Shown: piece after piece, positions 17,244 through 30,137 of the stretch
How positions within the stretch are numbered: position 1 is the stretch's first letter
Layout of the letters: the number at the start of each line of letters is the position of its first letter
Assembly: GCF_009914755.1 (NCBI RefSeq)
Contig: NC_060928.1
Reading direction: 5' to 3' (one strand)
Length of the DNA: 64,000 bases
DNA from: the human T2T-CHM13v2.0 reference genome, Homo sapiens
Translations under genes and position numbers: made by a program
Notes under the pieces: model-generated
What the model was told of the DNA's origin: nothing
The model's database searches: none
What the model saw: only the letters and a program-made list of their open reading frames with translations

Positions 17244-17888
17244 CTATTAAAATTTACCTTTAGGAGAAATGTGGAGCTGAAGAGGGAAAAAATATGTTTC
17301 AGAAGAAAACTATAGCACACCTTTTCCTGTATACCAGTCCTGAACACTGTTTTTAACATTTTATTATTTCTCTACAATTTGAACTAAATCCTAAATTATT
17401 TCCTGGCTATAAGAATTTTCTGAAGAAGGACCAGGTTTTAATTTTCTTCATAATATTTGTAGTTGACTCCTTTATAGAATAGGGTTTTCTTTTTTTCATT
17501 TTGGCATTCAAATTCTCTTTTTTATTATAATCTTTATGTGTATTATATTTCTACTATGTATCCCTTGTTTTACTTCTGAGAAAACTAAACTCATGGTAAT
17601 CTGAATACTAGAGATGATTCAACAAGTGACAGCAGCTATATAAATCAATGACTTGACTGAGGTCTCATTTTTGCCACCCTGTGATGCCATCCCAATTAGC
17701 CTTTGGGGACTCTTAAAATTCCTCATGAGATGTATCCTGTTTCTCCCACCCCCCATGTGGAACAGGACCACCTGGGAATGAGTTTTCCTGATGACATGGG
17801 ACTAAACTCCTGAACATAACTGAAGCCAAAACTGTTTGAGTTCACCTACAATGCTTTCTTTGAAAGGTCTTGATGAAAAGGGGGGAAA

Positions 17889-19123
17889 TGAGAAAAAAAA
17901 TAGGTCAGAACAGTCTGAGCCATGTGAGGTATGCAAAAATCTATTTGGCCCAGAGGTACATGAGTATGGAACTTCATCACGTCCTACCCCTGCTCCCCAC
18001 ATCCATTCCCAGGGACAATTGTTTAAAGGCATTTTGTTCCTGACTAGCCCCTTCCCCCATTATCTTTTTGTTTGTTTGTTTGTTTGTTTGAGACAGAGTC
18101 TCACTCTGTCACCCAGACTGGAGTGCCCTGGCGTGATCTCGGCCCACTGCAATCTCCGCCTCCCAGGTTCAAGCGATTCTCCCGCCTCAGCCTCCTAAGT
18201 AACTGGGATTACAGGTGAGCGCCAACACTCCCGGCTAATTTTTTTGTATTTTTAATAGAGATGGGGTTTCACCATGTTGGCTAGGCTGGTCTTGAATTCC
18301 TGACCTCATGATCCGCCCACCTCAGCCTCCCAAACTGCTGGAATTACAGGCTTGAGTCACCGCACCCAGCCTAATTTTTGTATTTTTAGTAGAGATGGGA
18401 TTTTACCATGTTGGCCAGGCTGGTCTCGAACTCCTAACCTCAGGCGATCTGCCCGTCTCAGCCTCCCAAAATTCTGGGATTACAGGTATGAGCCACCACT
18501 CCCAGCCCCCATTATCTTCATGTTCCTGGAATTTGTGACACAAAGAACAATGTATAATCAATCAGTAGCTTGTGTTACCTTAATGTAAATTATTGGTTTA
18601 CATTACAATTTAGGAACTGCTCTTCTTTTTTCCTTTAAAAATTCACTTTCAGAATAAGGATCATTGAACTACCAAAAAATAAAAATAATAATAAACCCAC
18701 TGTGGCCATAATCCCAGCACTTTGGGAGGCTGAGGCAGGATTGCTTGAGGCCAGAAGTTTGAGACCAGACTGGCCAGCCTAAGAAGACCCCATCTCCACA
18801 AAAAATTTTTGAAAAGTAGCTGGGCATGGTGGCACTTGCCTGTAATCCTGGCCATTCAGGAGGCTAAGGTAGGAGGATCACTTGAGCCCAGGAGTTCAAG
18901 GTTACAGTGAGCCATGATTATGCCACTGCACTCCAGCCTGGGAAAGACCCTGTCTTTAAAAAAGCTAAAAATTAAAAATAAACCCACTTGTAACGGCTGC
19001 TAATCAGAGTGTATATTCAGGATAACTTGAATCTTTGCTCCTGGGTGGCCACCCTCAAACTTTGAGCTCAAATAAATTCTATACTTAAAAATATTTTTTG
19101 AATCTTGTTATTTAAAGTTGACA
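17889..19123 (+). mobile_element. 3' LTR of the ERV1 provirus, interrupted by Alus (18065-18507 -, 18700-18965 +)
   Basis: TG start right after the polypurine tract; AATAAA at 19071; ends TTATTTAAAGTTGACA, typical of MER4-group LTRs. Confidence 0.75.
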
Positions 19124-19882
19124 ACACACACACATACACACACACACACACACACTCACACATACACACGTATGTCTATGACTAAATGCTGAATCTTTGG
19201 CCAGGGAACTAACCCAAATTACCACATCTTTGTTATGGGACATGCCATCTGTTTTTAGCCATTGATTTTACTATTACAGCAGAGTGTAGCCTATCTGCTT
19301 CACAATCAGTTAAAAGTCCAATTTCTTCCCCAAGTTTCACCTGCATGACAGATAACTCTCTTGCCAAATGATAATTGGGACTTGAAAAACATTTTGTTTT
19401 AATTGAGTTCAAACAAGCAAATCATCTTGGCTAGGCATCAAAAATCCTGGACACCCAAAAGCTAGAGAGATTAAAAACATTTTTTTTCTTTTTTTTTCTT
19501 TTTTTAACACACCTATTTTCCAAGTAAAAAACTATTCTCTTTAGATTATCGGTATTGAGGAGGTTGGTTATAGTACCCTCTTTATAAAGACCCACGGAAG
19601 AAATTTCTTTCAGGAATATTTGTGTTTCTCTTGAGTGTCATTTTTTTTTTCTATTTTCTGATGTTTTACATTGACTGCCAGGCAGCTCAGAGCAAAATTT
19701 TTGGCCTTCCTCCAGCAAGTATTCCCCATGGTTTTATTTTGTGTACTAGCCCTGGACTTTAATCATATTTTCCCTGCACTCCAACTTTCTCACTGTTCTT
19801 TGAAAATCTCATTGTAATGTATTTGTGTAAATTACACTCAAATCCTTTTTGGACTAAACTGGGCTGTAAATAATAAATAAAT

Positions 19883-20190
19883 GACCAGGTGCGATGGCTC
19901 ACACCTGTAATCTCAGCACTTTGGGAGGCTGAGGCAGACGGATCACTTGAGGTCAGGAGTTTGAGACAAGCCTTTCCAATATGGTGAAACCCCGTCTCAA
20001 TTAAAAATACAAAAATTAGCTGGGTGTGGGGGTTCCTCCCTGTAATCCCAGCTACTTGGGAGGCTGAGGCAGGCGATCGCGTAAACCCAGGAGGCAGAGT
20101 TTGCAGTGAGCCGAGATGGCACCACTGCCCTCCAGTCTCCGCGACAGAGAAAGACTCTTTCTCAAAACAAAAACAAAAACAAAAACAAAA
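19883..20190 (+). mobile_element. Alu
   Basis: Dimeric Alu with (AAAAAC)n tail. Confidence 0.9.
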
Positions 20191-21049
20191 CGCAATGAAT
20201 AAATAATAAATCACAAATAATCATCAATAAATACAAAAAGTAGAAATTAAAAAGCACAAATAAATTGCAAATACAAGTTGTTTTCAAGTTCTTGGTTAAC
20301 TCCATTTCACTATTAACATGTACTACTTCCCTCTCCCTTTATACAGGGATATCTGAAGCTCTCTTCTGATATTTATCAACGATAAATATGCTGGTTTTTT
20401 ACCACGCAAATGAAATTAAATTAGAGAGGGTAGAACTAAGGGGGGTTTAGTTTTGTTATTAGGGCTTTCCAACATTGGGGAAAAAAAGTGACTTAAATGC
20501 AGGTCTGAAGAAGACATTGGGATTAATGTGTTTGTGTGCAAGACTAAAAAAGAGGACGAGCATGTGATGTATATTTATCCCAAAGAGGGTGGAGAAAGGT
20601 GGCATTAAACTGTTCCTAGATGACTTCTCAGCAGCTTTATTGTCCAGAGAGCTTTGTGGCTGCTCAGAGTGTACAAATGGCAATTTTTATTTTGAGTTTG
20701 TGGACGTCAGGAAACCTTTCTGCCCATTGACCCCTCATCTCTGAATCTCTAAAACCAATCTTATGTTATATAGTGGAGGTTCCTGGGGCTCAGAAGCAAG
20801 CTTCCCTACCCCCAACTCCCCGTATTTGGCTGAGACCTTCTGTCTAGTTCTGGAAACTGGATTTTTCTCCTAGTGACCTATCAGGTCACTTATAGTCCTA
20901 CCTGCTTTCAACAAGCTCACCCCACAGCAGAGGTCAGGTTGTTGAATCTCAGTTTGGTGGCTTGGGCCTCTCTTTCTGCTACTGTTCTTAGATAGCACAG
21001 ACCCAGGAATTCAACAGCTGGCAACCCATTCCCACCTCTGCCTGTTTTT

Positions 21050-21260
21050 CAGCACTCAGTGGGTACCTCTTCTTGGGCAAGTTATTCAATATCTCTGGGT
21101 CTCAGTTTCCTATCTGTAAAATGAAGATCATCTAGTACATATATCTCAGTGTTAGTATGAGGAATCAAAAGAGACAATGCAAAAAAAAAAAAAAAAAAAA
21201 GCTTAGAACAGTGCCTGGCACAAATACTAGGTGTACAGTAAACTGGGCCGTTGCTGATGA
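21050..21260 (+). mobile_element. MIR
   Basis: Core CTTGGGCAAGTTA..TCTCTGGGTCTCAGTTTCCTATCTGTAAAATG and GCTTAGAACAGTGCCTGGCACA. Confidence 0.8.
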
Positions 21261-21558
21261 TTAAGGAAGAAGCCCTTGTGTAAGCATGGAGTTTCCTCCT
21301 TAGCTGTGCTGTGCTAAGGATGGTATTAAAGGATAGCCAACAATTCCCCTTTCTAGAGCATCTGAGCAGCCAAGGTAGATTTACCCTAAAACTGTTGAAG
21401 TAAAGTTTAGGTGTCAATTTCTTTATTTGCATGGGCCTCACCTAGGGCCCAAGAGGGGCTCTAACAATGTGTCCATGGGGTTGCATATTTTTGTAAAATT
21501 TTGCATTGTTTCTTTTAAGAAGAAGGACCACCCAAATTGTATAAGCTTTCACACCTCA

Positions 21559-22062
<504 letters not shown>

Positions 22063-23129
22063 TTAGATAAGCCAACTTGTTTTAAAATAAAGAATATAAA
22101 TTTCCTTCTATCTTTAGAATTGAATTGGAACTTGTACAATACCCTTAATAATAATAATTTGATCTAACCCCCCAAAATGCCTCCCTCACCTTGCTGCTTA
22201 ATCAAATTTCACAACATCCTGTTATTTTTGCAAATTAGTTACTGTGCAGAATATAAACTATGTCTTGGCTCCAGGCTATGTTGTCTCCTCTATTCATTCT
22301 GGTGGCTTTTTGGGCCTTACCCTACCACCAGAACTCTATACCCTATAACTGACTTCCACAGCTGAGCACACTAAGATCTGCAGAAATTGCATCCCATAGC
22401 TCAGCAAAACACATTTTGCCATGAATTTAAAATAACCTCTCAGGTAATTGTCATCTTTTTTTCAGTAAAGAAAAAATTGCCAAAATTTAGAAAAGAAATA
22501 CAATAGCCAAAAAATGAAAACATTCGTTCTTAATAGAATATTTGATAGAACAAAACCTTGATGCTAAGGACCAAACGAGATGTCATCTGAGTCACCCAAC
22601 ATATCCATATACTTCTGCAGATGCTTCTAGTGATTCCAGGTGACCTTCTCTGTACACCTAAGGCCCCTTTTCAGACTCCAGCCCTAGCTAGGAGTCAGGC
22701 AGGGGATGGAGAAGAGGTGATTGTCGTGGTGCTAGGACCATGTCTGCTGTGGGGGTGGGAGGGTAGACACAGGAGACAGCAGTGGAGGCATCACAAGAGA
22801 TCATTCTTCTGCTTTCAGGTTGGTTGTTGCCTATGCCATGCCTACTGCCCGCTCTTGTGTTGTAGACAAGGGAGTGTCTCTAACTGTGGAAGGTGGGGGC
22901 TCTCCTTTTTTGTAAAACGCTATACTTTATTCCGATATCGTGTTCTTGAAGTTACTTACAAAAGGCTAATATAGCCCTTATTTTGTTTTCTGTAATGAAA
23001 ATTATTATATCAGTAATACATGCTCTTTGTAAAGAATTTGAATGATACCTCAAAAATATTTTTAGAAAGTAAGACACATGAAATCCCATCACCTTGAGAG
23101 AAATACCACTGACATTGTAGTAACCATAT

Positions 23130-23165
<36 letters not shown>

Positions 23166-23502
23166 TACTTGTACATGTATATACATAGAATACTATACAT
23201 ATATACATACTATACTATAAATATATACATAGTATGTATGTATTTATATTATATAGCTACATACATATAGTTATTTAAGATTACAAGATACAAGTGGTTT
23301 TATCATAGATATTTTCTCCTTCCCTCTCACTCCTCTCCCCCATATCCTTCATCCCCTACCCTCTGGATTACCATATTAACAGCAGGTTGTGAGTGTAGAT
23401 AGGTCTAGGGATAAGTAGGAGTTAAGGAAAAAAGAACAGGTGACAGGCAGCCCAGACGAAGAGAACACCACATGCAAAGGCAAGGAAGCAAGAGCTTATT
23501 AG

Positions 23503-23660
23503 AGCTGTGGCTCTTGAAACTTTAATGTGCATACAGATCACCTGGGGATCTTGTTGAAATATAGATTCCGAATCAGCAGATCTGGGATGAGGCCTGAGAT
23601 TATGCATTACTACAAGTTTCCAGGGAATGCCCAGGCTGATGGACCACGCTTTGAGAAGCA
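23503..23660. mobile_element. MER5A-like hAT DNA transposon
   Basis: CAGATCACCTGGGGATCTTG..GAATCAG..GGCCTGAGA..ACCACGCTTTGAGAAGCA. Confidence 0.8.
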
Positions 23661-23664
23661 AGGA

Positions 23665-24230
23665 TGTAAACTATTGTGCAGTTCAATGTAGTATCTACCA
23701 GCCACATGTGACTTTTATTTTTATCTATTTATTTATCTTAGATGTCTTGCTCTGTCACCCAGTCTGGAGTGCTGTAGTGCCATCATAGGTCACTGCAGCC
23801 TTGAATCCTGAGCTCAAGTGATCCTCTTGCCTCAGCTGCCTGAGTAGCTGGGACTACAGGCCTGTTCTGCCATGCTTGGCTAATTTTTTTTTTCTGTAGA
23901 GATGGAGTCTTGCTATATTGCGGCAGCTGGAGTGCAGTGGCTATTCACAGGCACTGTCTGAGCACACTGCAACCTCAAACTTCTGGCCTCAAGGGATCCT
24001 CCCACCTCAGACTTCTGCCCACGTAGCTGGGATTATAGGCATACCACCACCAGGCCCAGCATGACTATTTAAATTTAAATTAGTTAAAAGTAAATGAAGT
24101 TTAAGATCCAGGTCTTGTGTTGTGCTAGTCACATTTCAAGTACTCAATAGCCACATGTGGCTACCATACTGGACAGCAGAGATATAGAACATTTCCATCA
24201 CTGCAGAAAGTTGTATGGGAGAGTGCTGGA
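23665..24230. mobile_element. MER3-like hAT element split by an atypical Alu-family dimer (23712-24060, -)
   Basis: GCCACATGTG on both sides of the insert; GATATAGAACATTTCCATCACTGCAGAAAG. Confidence 0.75.
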
Positions 24231-24854
24231 CAGCATTCAGGGGACTGCCATTAGTTCAGCATGGTTGGATTATAATAGGTATGTGGGAAGTGAGAGGAGG
24301 AAGTAGATAGGTGGAGGTTGGTTTTGTTTCTGGTGGCAGTAAAGAGCCATTTAACAATTTCCAATGGAGATGACAGCAGTGTGGAAGAATTCATGGGGAA
24401 GGGAACACTGGAGACAGGGAAGCTGAATGAAGGTGGAGGCTACTGCAGTGGATGATGCTGAAAGTAAATGATGGAGCTAGAACTAAAGTACAAGCAAGGG
24501 CTGGAAAGAAGAGGCAGAGTCATGGTGGTCAATAGGAAGAACTGCCCGCATGGAAGAAGATGAGGAAGTAGGAGGCTGAGAAATGAAGGAGGAGACTGAG
24601 AAAGGAAAGCATTTGCGCTAAGTCCTGGACAGCTGGGCTAAGGAATTGTTATTCTTCAAGACAGAGGACACAAAAAGGAAGTGGAGGGGTGGAAGAAGAG
24701 AATAAATTCTGGGCCAAAAGAGTGATTTTGTGGTGTCTCTGGGAAATCCAGCTGAGAATATCTGGAGGGCTGGTGGGTATTCTTCTAGGTCCCTTTATTC
24801 AACTTCCGACAGATTAAATTTGGAGAGACTGAACTCCCTCAAATTGGACAGATT

Positions 24855-25130
24855 GGCCAGTCGTGGTGGCTCACATCTGTAATGCCAATGCTTTGGGAGG
24901 CTGAGGTGGGAGGATCACTTAAGCCTAGGAGTTGGAGCCTGACCCGTGAGCTATGATTGTGCCACTGCACTCTAGCCTGAGTGATAGAGTAAGACCCTGT
25001 CAAAGGGAAAAGAAAGGGAGAGGGAGAGAGACGAGAGAGAGAGCAAGAAAGAGAGAGAGAGAGAAAAGAAAAGGAAGGAAGGGAGGGAGGGAGGGAAAGA
25101 AAAGAAAGAAAGAAAAGAAAGAAAGAAGGA
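24855..25130 (+). mobile_element. Alu monomer followed by a GA-rich simple repeat
   Basis: Single-arm Alu, then a purine tract at 25003-25130. Confidence 0.8.
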
Positions 25131-25984
25131 TTGATTAGACATACTAATTTCTCTAAAAAAATTAGGCCTAATAATAAACCCAATTGAAACAATTCTCTTT
25201 AAACTGCATTATAAGGATTTTTAGTACCAAATATATATTATCTTGAACCTAACTCAAAAGCAATTATAAATCAGTTTATTTTGTTCTATTGTCTCTGTAT
25301 TTAATAGACATTTCTCCTCTAAGCCCAGTGAACAGTTTTACTATTTCGAATGAACTGTTTGTAAGTTCATTGAATTGAGGTATTTGGCCAGAAATGTGAA
25401 GCCTTCAGATTAAGGTGAATTTCTCTTAAATCAAACACAAATATAATTCTTTCATAATTCCTTCCCATTTTTATCCCCTGATTTGGGGAGGAGGGAAGAC
25501 ATTCTGCACAACTACCCCCAGCCCCTGCTAGGTTGCTGCTGAATTCCTGCATTAGTCTCTTTACTAAGGAGATTTACTTCTCTTTTCCTATATTTTCCCA
25601 TGTTGCCTGACCACATGCATTGCCATAGTTAAAGGAAAGGTAATATCTCTCAGCTATCCAAAGGGACTATAAAAAGAACAGATTCCAACTAGAGATATGT
25701 TTGGAAGACTCTTGAGAAAGGTGAAGGGACAACAAACTGGTATTCACTCTCCAATTTCAACAAGATCCTATGAATATCTGCAAGATGATGACTAGGTGCT
25801 AGGGTTTATTGGTAAATTTTACTCAACTTCTTCTTCCCACCAAAACCACCTTAATCACACCCGAAACCACACCCTACATCAGATCCTATCATTCCCCTGT
25901 TAAAACACACACACACACACACAACAAACAAACAAAACACTTGAACAGCTTTCCATCATTCTTAGCACAAAGTATAAACTCTTT

Positions 25985-26167
25985 CACAAATACAAAAATT
26001 AACCAGGCATGGTGGTGCATGCCTGTAATCCCAACTACCCGGGAGGCCGAGACGAGAATAGTTTGAACTTGGGAGGTGGAGGCTGCAGTGAGCCAAGATC
26101 GTGCCACTATACTCCAGTCTGGGCAACAGAGCGAGACTCCATCTCAAAAACAAAACAAAACAAAAAA
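25985..26167 (+). mobile_element. 5'-truncated Alu (right arm)
   Basis: AAATACAAAAATTA linker, right arm, (AAAAC)n tail. Confidence 0.85.
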
Positions 26168-27029
26168 ACTCTTCCAGGGTTTCCTGCATGGTCTGGCCCC
26201 AAGCCATTCTCATCTCAGGCCACTCTGCTCCTTAAGTTCCATTTCTGGGAGTCCTTAAACAGGTAAAGCCCTTTCCTGTTTTATCTTGGGGCTCTGGACG
26301 AGTTGTTCTTTCTGTTTACAAAGCCACACCCCACCAGAGCTGCCTGTCTTGATCTGTTAACCAAGTGTAGGCTATTTTTTGGTTTCCCTTCCTGCTCCAC
26401 CCCCAACACCTGGGGAAAGGCTAGGTAGCATGTTGTTTGAGGGGCTCTGCCTTCAGGCTGCTTGAGTTCAAATCCTGGATCTACCACTGGCTAGCTGCTC
26501 TGTGACTTTGGGCAAGTTACATAACATAATTATTTCCCCATCTATAATTTGGAGATGATTAAATATATTTTGAGGATTAGATTTGTTAGCAGATGGTAAG
26601 TACGTGAAACAGCAATAGAAGTTCTCCTTTTAGCATATACTCCAATTTTCTTCTACTTATTTGTTTGCCAAGTTTGAGCCTGTTACCTTGAGATTGCTAT
26701 GGTTGCCTTCTCAACCTCCCCAACTCCTACCCTCCAGCTGATTATGGTCTACTTATTGGACTCTGTAAATGAATAAAGAGGGAGCATGAGGAAAGGAGGT
26801 AGTCCTTCTAGCTTTAGGAGAGGCCACGGGAGTGAGCTTGTTGAACAAGACATGGTCGTGGCTTCTCTTTAAGCTTACGGTTTAGGCGGACACAGATGAT
26901 GAACACACACCGGATTAGTGTGGCTTTAAGAAAGGGAATCCCAGGGCCTTAGGCCAACCCTGGAGTAACCTCGATGCCCTCTCCAGAAGGGCACCCGAGG
27001 AAGGGTCTAGGGCCCAAGAGCACCAAAAT

Positions 27030-27970
27030 CACCAACGCCGGGGATTGGTAGGTAGCCTGAAAAATCTAATTCAGAGAAGGATGCTCCGCGCGCAGACATG
27101 GCTTATCCCCGTGCTACTGCATGAGCCACACCTAGGCCGGCCCCGGACACCGACAGCCAATGGCCGGGCCCGTCCCGCCCCATCCGGGATTGGCTGTGCG
27201 TGCCGCGGCCCTCCACCCCGCCCCGCTCAGGATCTTCCCGGGATTGGCTGAGCTACCCGACCTCTCCAGGGGATCGGCTGCGCGCCCCGCCCTTGCCCAG
27301 AGTCTTCCCGGGATTGGCTGCGGGCCTCGCGACCCTCCTGCTTCCCTCCCCGCCCCGCGCCGCCTCTCTGGTTTGTGCGCCCGTCGCAGGTCGCAGGCCT
27401 CTTTGTCAGCTGGAGTTGCGCGGTGAGTGCATCTCCAGTCTTCGGCTTTCGGTCTCCCGCGGGGAGGGCGCCCGGCCGGCCCGTGGGTCCGATCAGGGGC
27501 TGGGCTCGCCCGGTGTCCCCACGAGCTTTGCCCGCCTCGAGCTCCTCTGCTCCCGGCGGCCAGAACGGAGGGGTAGAGCAGCCCTCGGCGGCCCGGGGGG
27601 CGGGCGGCGGTGCCCGTCCCGGGGCTGCGCGAGGCACAGGCGCCGCGCCCAGCGGAACAGCCGGAGGTTCCCGGCGCAGGTCTGGGCACCGTAACAATTT
27701 TGCGCTTTGCTTCCCCAGGGCTGACGCGCCACTATGTAGCGGGTTTCGGGCGGGCCACGCGTGCGGGACAGGAACCCAACCCCAGCCGACCTTGAGCTCC
27801 AGGAGTTCGTCTCTTACGTCTGCGGAAGTGCAGCTGCCTCAGTTCTTAGCGCAGGTATGTTCCTAGCCTTGAGCGGGGTGGGGGAAGGAATGAGTCAGCC
27901 TGGAGCACGTGGCCAGTGGGACCGGAGGGTTCCCCGGCGTCTGTTTGTCGCCAAGGTCCGAATCCGGCTC
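27030..27970. promoter_or_regulatory. CpG island / DANCR promoter with multiple CCAAT and GC boxes
   Basis: Very CpG-rich; CCAAT 27157; ATTGG at 27189, 27243 and 27313; several CCGCCC; AP-1 TGAGTCA 27891; E-box CACGTG 27906. Confidence 0.9.
27577..27642 (+). ncRNA. MIR4449: MIR4449 precursor in DANCR intron 1 (mature ~27615-27636)
   Basis: Matches the recalled precursor AGCAGCCCTCGGCGGCCC...CGTCCCGGGGCTGCGCGAGGCACAGGCG. Confidence 0.8.
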
Positions 27971-28143
27971 CCCTTAACTGGAAGGAAACATCCATGTAGG
28001 GGCTCACCAAACAAAACAGCTGTGTTTCTAGTGTGGTTTCAGACTTAGAGAAGCAGAGATCCACGAGGTATTGAGAGCAACGCGGAAAATAGTAGTGAAC
28101 CCTGTAAAAATCAAAGAAAAAAAATCACAAAGCACCCTTTCCT

Positions 28144-28265
28144 GTGCCCTTTTAAGGTTGACCCAGTGCTTTAAGAGGCTAACACAGAAGGGTAAAGTAA
28201 GTCTCCATAAAACCCAGAGAAGAGACTGGAAAGCTCCTCTTTGGATCCTGTCTGGAGTCACAACT
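28144..28265 (+). ncRNA. SNORA26: H/ACA box snoRNA SNORA26 (HBI-6) in DANCR intron 2
   Basis: 122 nt, two hairpins; H box AAAGTA 28194-28199; ACA 28260-28262, three nt from the 3' end; sequence recognised. Confidence 0.95.
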
Positions 28266-28657
28266 GAACCAGAAAAAGTTTCGTTACAACTTGAGCGCCT
28301 TTGTGATTTTCTTTACAGTTTATAGAACAAGCAATACATTTCAGTTTTCTTTGGTTAAAACGTCATTTTAAAACTTTTCTTTCTATAGGTTGACAACTAC
28401 AGGCACAAGCCATTGAAGCTGGAATGTCCTGTTGCTGGTATTTCAATTGACTTAAGCCAACTATCCCTTCAGTTACAATAGGAAAGTGCCTCTAATAAGG
28501 CCAAATATGCGTACTAACTTGTAGCAACCACGTGTCCGTGCAGTGCCACAGGAGCTAGAGCAGTGACAATGCTGGTGGCAACAGGGCAGTGTAGCAGGTG
28601 CTTCATGTTCACCTTTTCAACCTTTTCATTTAATTGTCACAACTCGGAGGTGGATTC

Positions 28658-29070
28658 TGTTAGGGACAGGCTGCCCCAGGACCACTCCGCCCCCGCTAAC
28701 TCAATGCAGCTGACCCTTACCCTGAATACTCTGCAGCTGCATTCCTGAACCGTTATCTAGGCGCTATAGCAAGGTCACCAGACTTGCTACACCGAAGCCC
28801 TCTGGGTGGCACGGGGGAGGTCATGAGAAACGTGGATTACACCCCCTTGTAAATTCCTATTTTCACAAGATAATATATTGTAAGCCGGTCATGAGATTAT
28901 ATGTGGTAAAGTTAATTGACTAACAACCCCAGGGTCTCTCTCCCCCATATAAACCCCTCATTTTGTAAGCTCAGGGCTGCCACCTCCGACTGGTGGAGAA
29001 GCCTGGCAGGTTAATAAACTTACTTGGCCTGACCTTGGGTCTCTTGTCTTTTCTCTCGGCTAACCTTACA
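28658..29070 (+). mobile_element. Solo LTR (ERVL-class by its 5-bp TSD) inserted in a MIR; forms the DANCR 3' end
   Basis: TG...CA termini; perfect TSD GATTC at 28653-28657 and 29071-29075; TATAAA 28948; AATAAA 29013. Confidence 0.88.
29013..29018 (+). terminator. DANCR polyadenylation signal
   Basis: AATAAA followed by a T/GT-rich downstream element (GGGTCTCTTGTCTTTT). Confidence 0.85.
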
Positions 29071-29524
29071 GATTCTATTCTCCCATTTCACAGGTAAAGA
29101 AATGGATTAGTGATAACTCAAGTTTCATCACCTGTGAGTATCTCTGAATGAGAGGCTTCACATGTATAACTTTTAGGCAATGTGACTTCTGGAAAGTCAC
29201 TTGTCTCTTGAGATTTGGTGTCCTGGTGTAACAGTTAAGAATTATTTCAACCAAACTAGGAAAGGACCACAGTCGAGCTGTTAAGAATATAAACTCTTCA
29301 TATTATTTCATTGCATTGAGCCTAAGAAGGTTCACAAAATTTGGCACAGAAGGAGTATCTGTCAGCATATTCTGTTTTTTTGTGTGTGTCTATGTAGCAA
29401 GTATTAATATTTATCTTGGAGTCATTCTTAATTCATAGCATTGTTCTTACCTTTTTATCTAAACTTTTATGTTCCATATTGTAAAGTCTAGCCTCATAAA
29501 TTTAGGTAATTGCTCACAAGTTTG

Positions 29525-30137
29525 GATAATGTTGAATTGTAATCCCGATGTTAGAGGAGGGGCCTGGTGGGACGTGATTGGATGAAAAGGGTGGATTTCC
29601 CTCTTGCTGTTCCTTGTGATAGTGAGTTCTCATGAGATCTGGTTGTTTAGATGTGTAGTGTGGCTGGGGCAGTGGCTCATGCCTGTAATCCCAGCACTTG
29701 GGAAGGCCAAGGCAGGGGGATCACTTGAGGTCAGGAGTTAAGACTATCTTGGGCAACATAGTAAGACCTCGTCTCTACAAAAAATGAGGCAGAAGGATTG
29801 CTTGAGCCCAAGAGGTTGAGACTGCACTGAGCCATGATCTTGTCACCGTGCTCCAGCCTGAAAAGAAAAATTAATAAAAATAAAGGTTATGCAATTGTGC
29901 ACATGTTATCTCAAGGCAGAGGCAGAAGAATGGCAGAGTTTAGATTAAAAGTGTGGCACCTCCCCTTCCTCCTACTCTGGCCATGTGCTTCCTGTTAGAC
30001 ATACCCCATGATTGTAAGTTTCCTGAAGCCTCAGCAGCCATGCTCCCTGTGCAGCCTGCTGAACCATGAGACAAACCTTTTCTTTATAAATTACCCAGTC
30101 TCAGTTCTTTATAGCAATGTGAGAACAGACTAGTACA
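29525..30137 (+). mobile_element. MaLR LTR (MST/THE1-like) interrupted by an Alu (29662-29880)
   Basis: TGTTGAATTGTAATCCC..GAGTTCTCATGAGATCTGG..CCATGATTGTAAGTTTCCTGA..GAACAGACTAGTACA. Confidence 0.85.

Larger units (their letters stand above)
27289..29033 (+). ncRNA. DANCR: DANCR lncRNA (snoRNA host); exons ~27289-27422, 27719-27854, 28389-~29033
   Basis: Sequence recognised; splice sites GCG|GTGAGT, TTCCCCAG|G, CAG|GTATGT, TTCTATAG|G; AATAAA 29013-29018; hosts SNORA26 and MIR4449. The exact TSS and 3' end are from recall. Confidence 0.93.

Noticed and set aside
27045-28048. Overlapping 60-185 aa ORFs in the DANCR CpG island
   Set aside because: These are Pro/Arg/Gly/Ala-rich frames expected from stop-codon scarcity in GC-rich DNA, and the longer ones run through introns.
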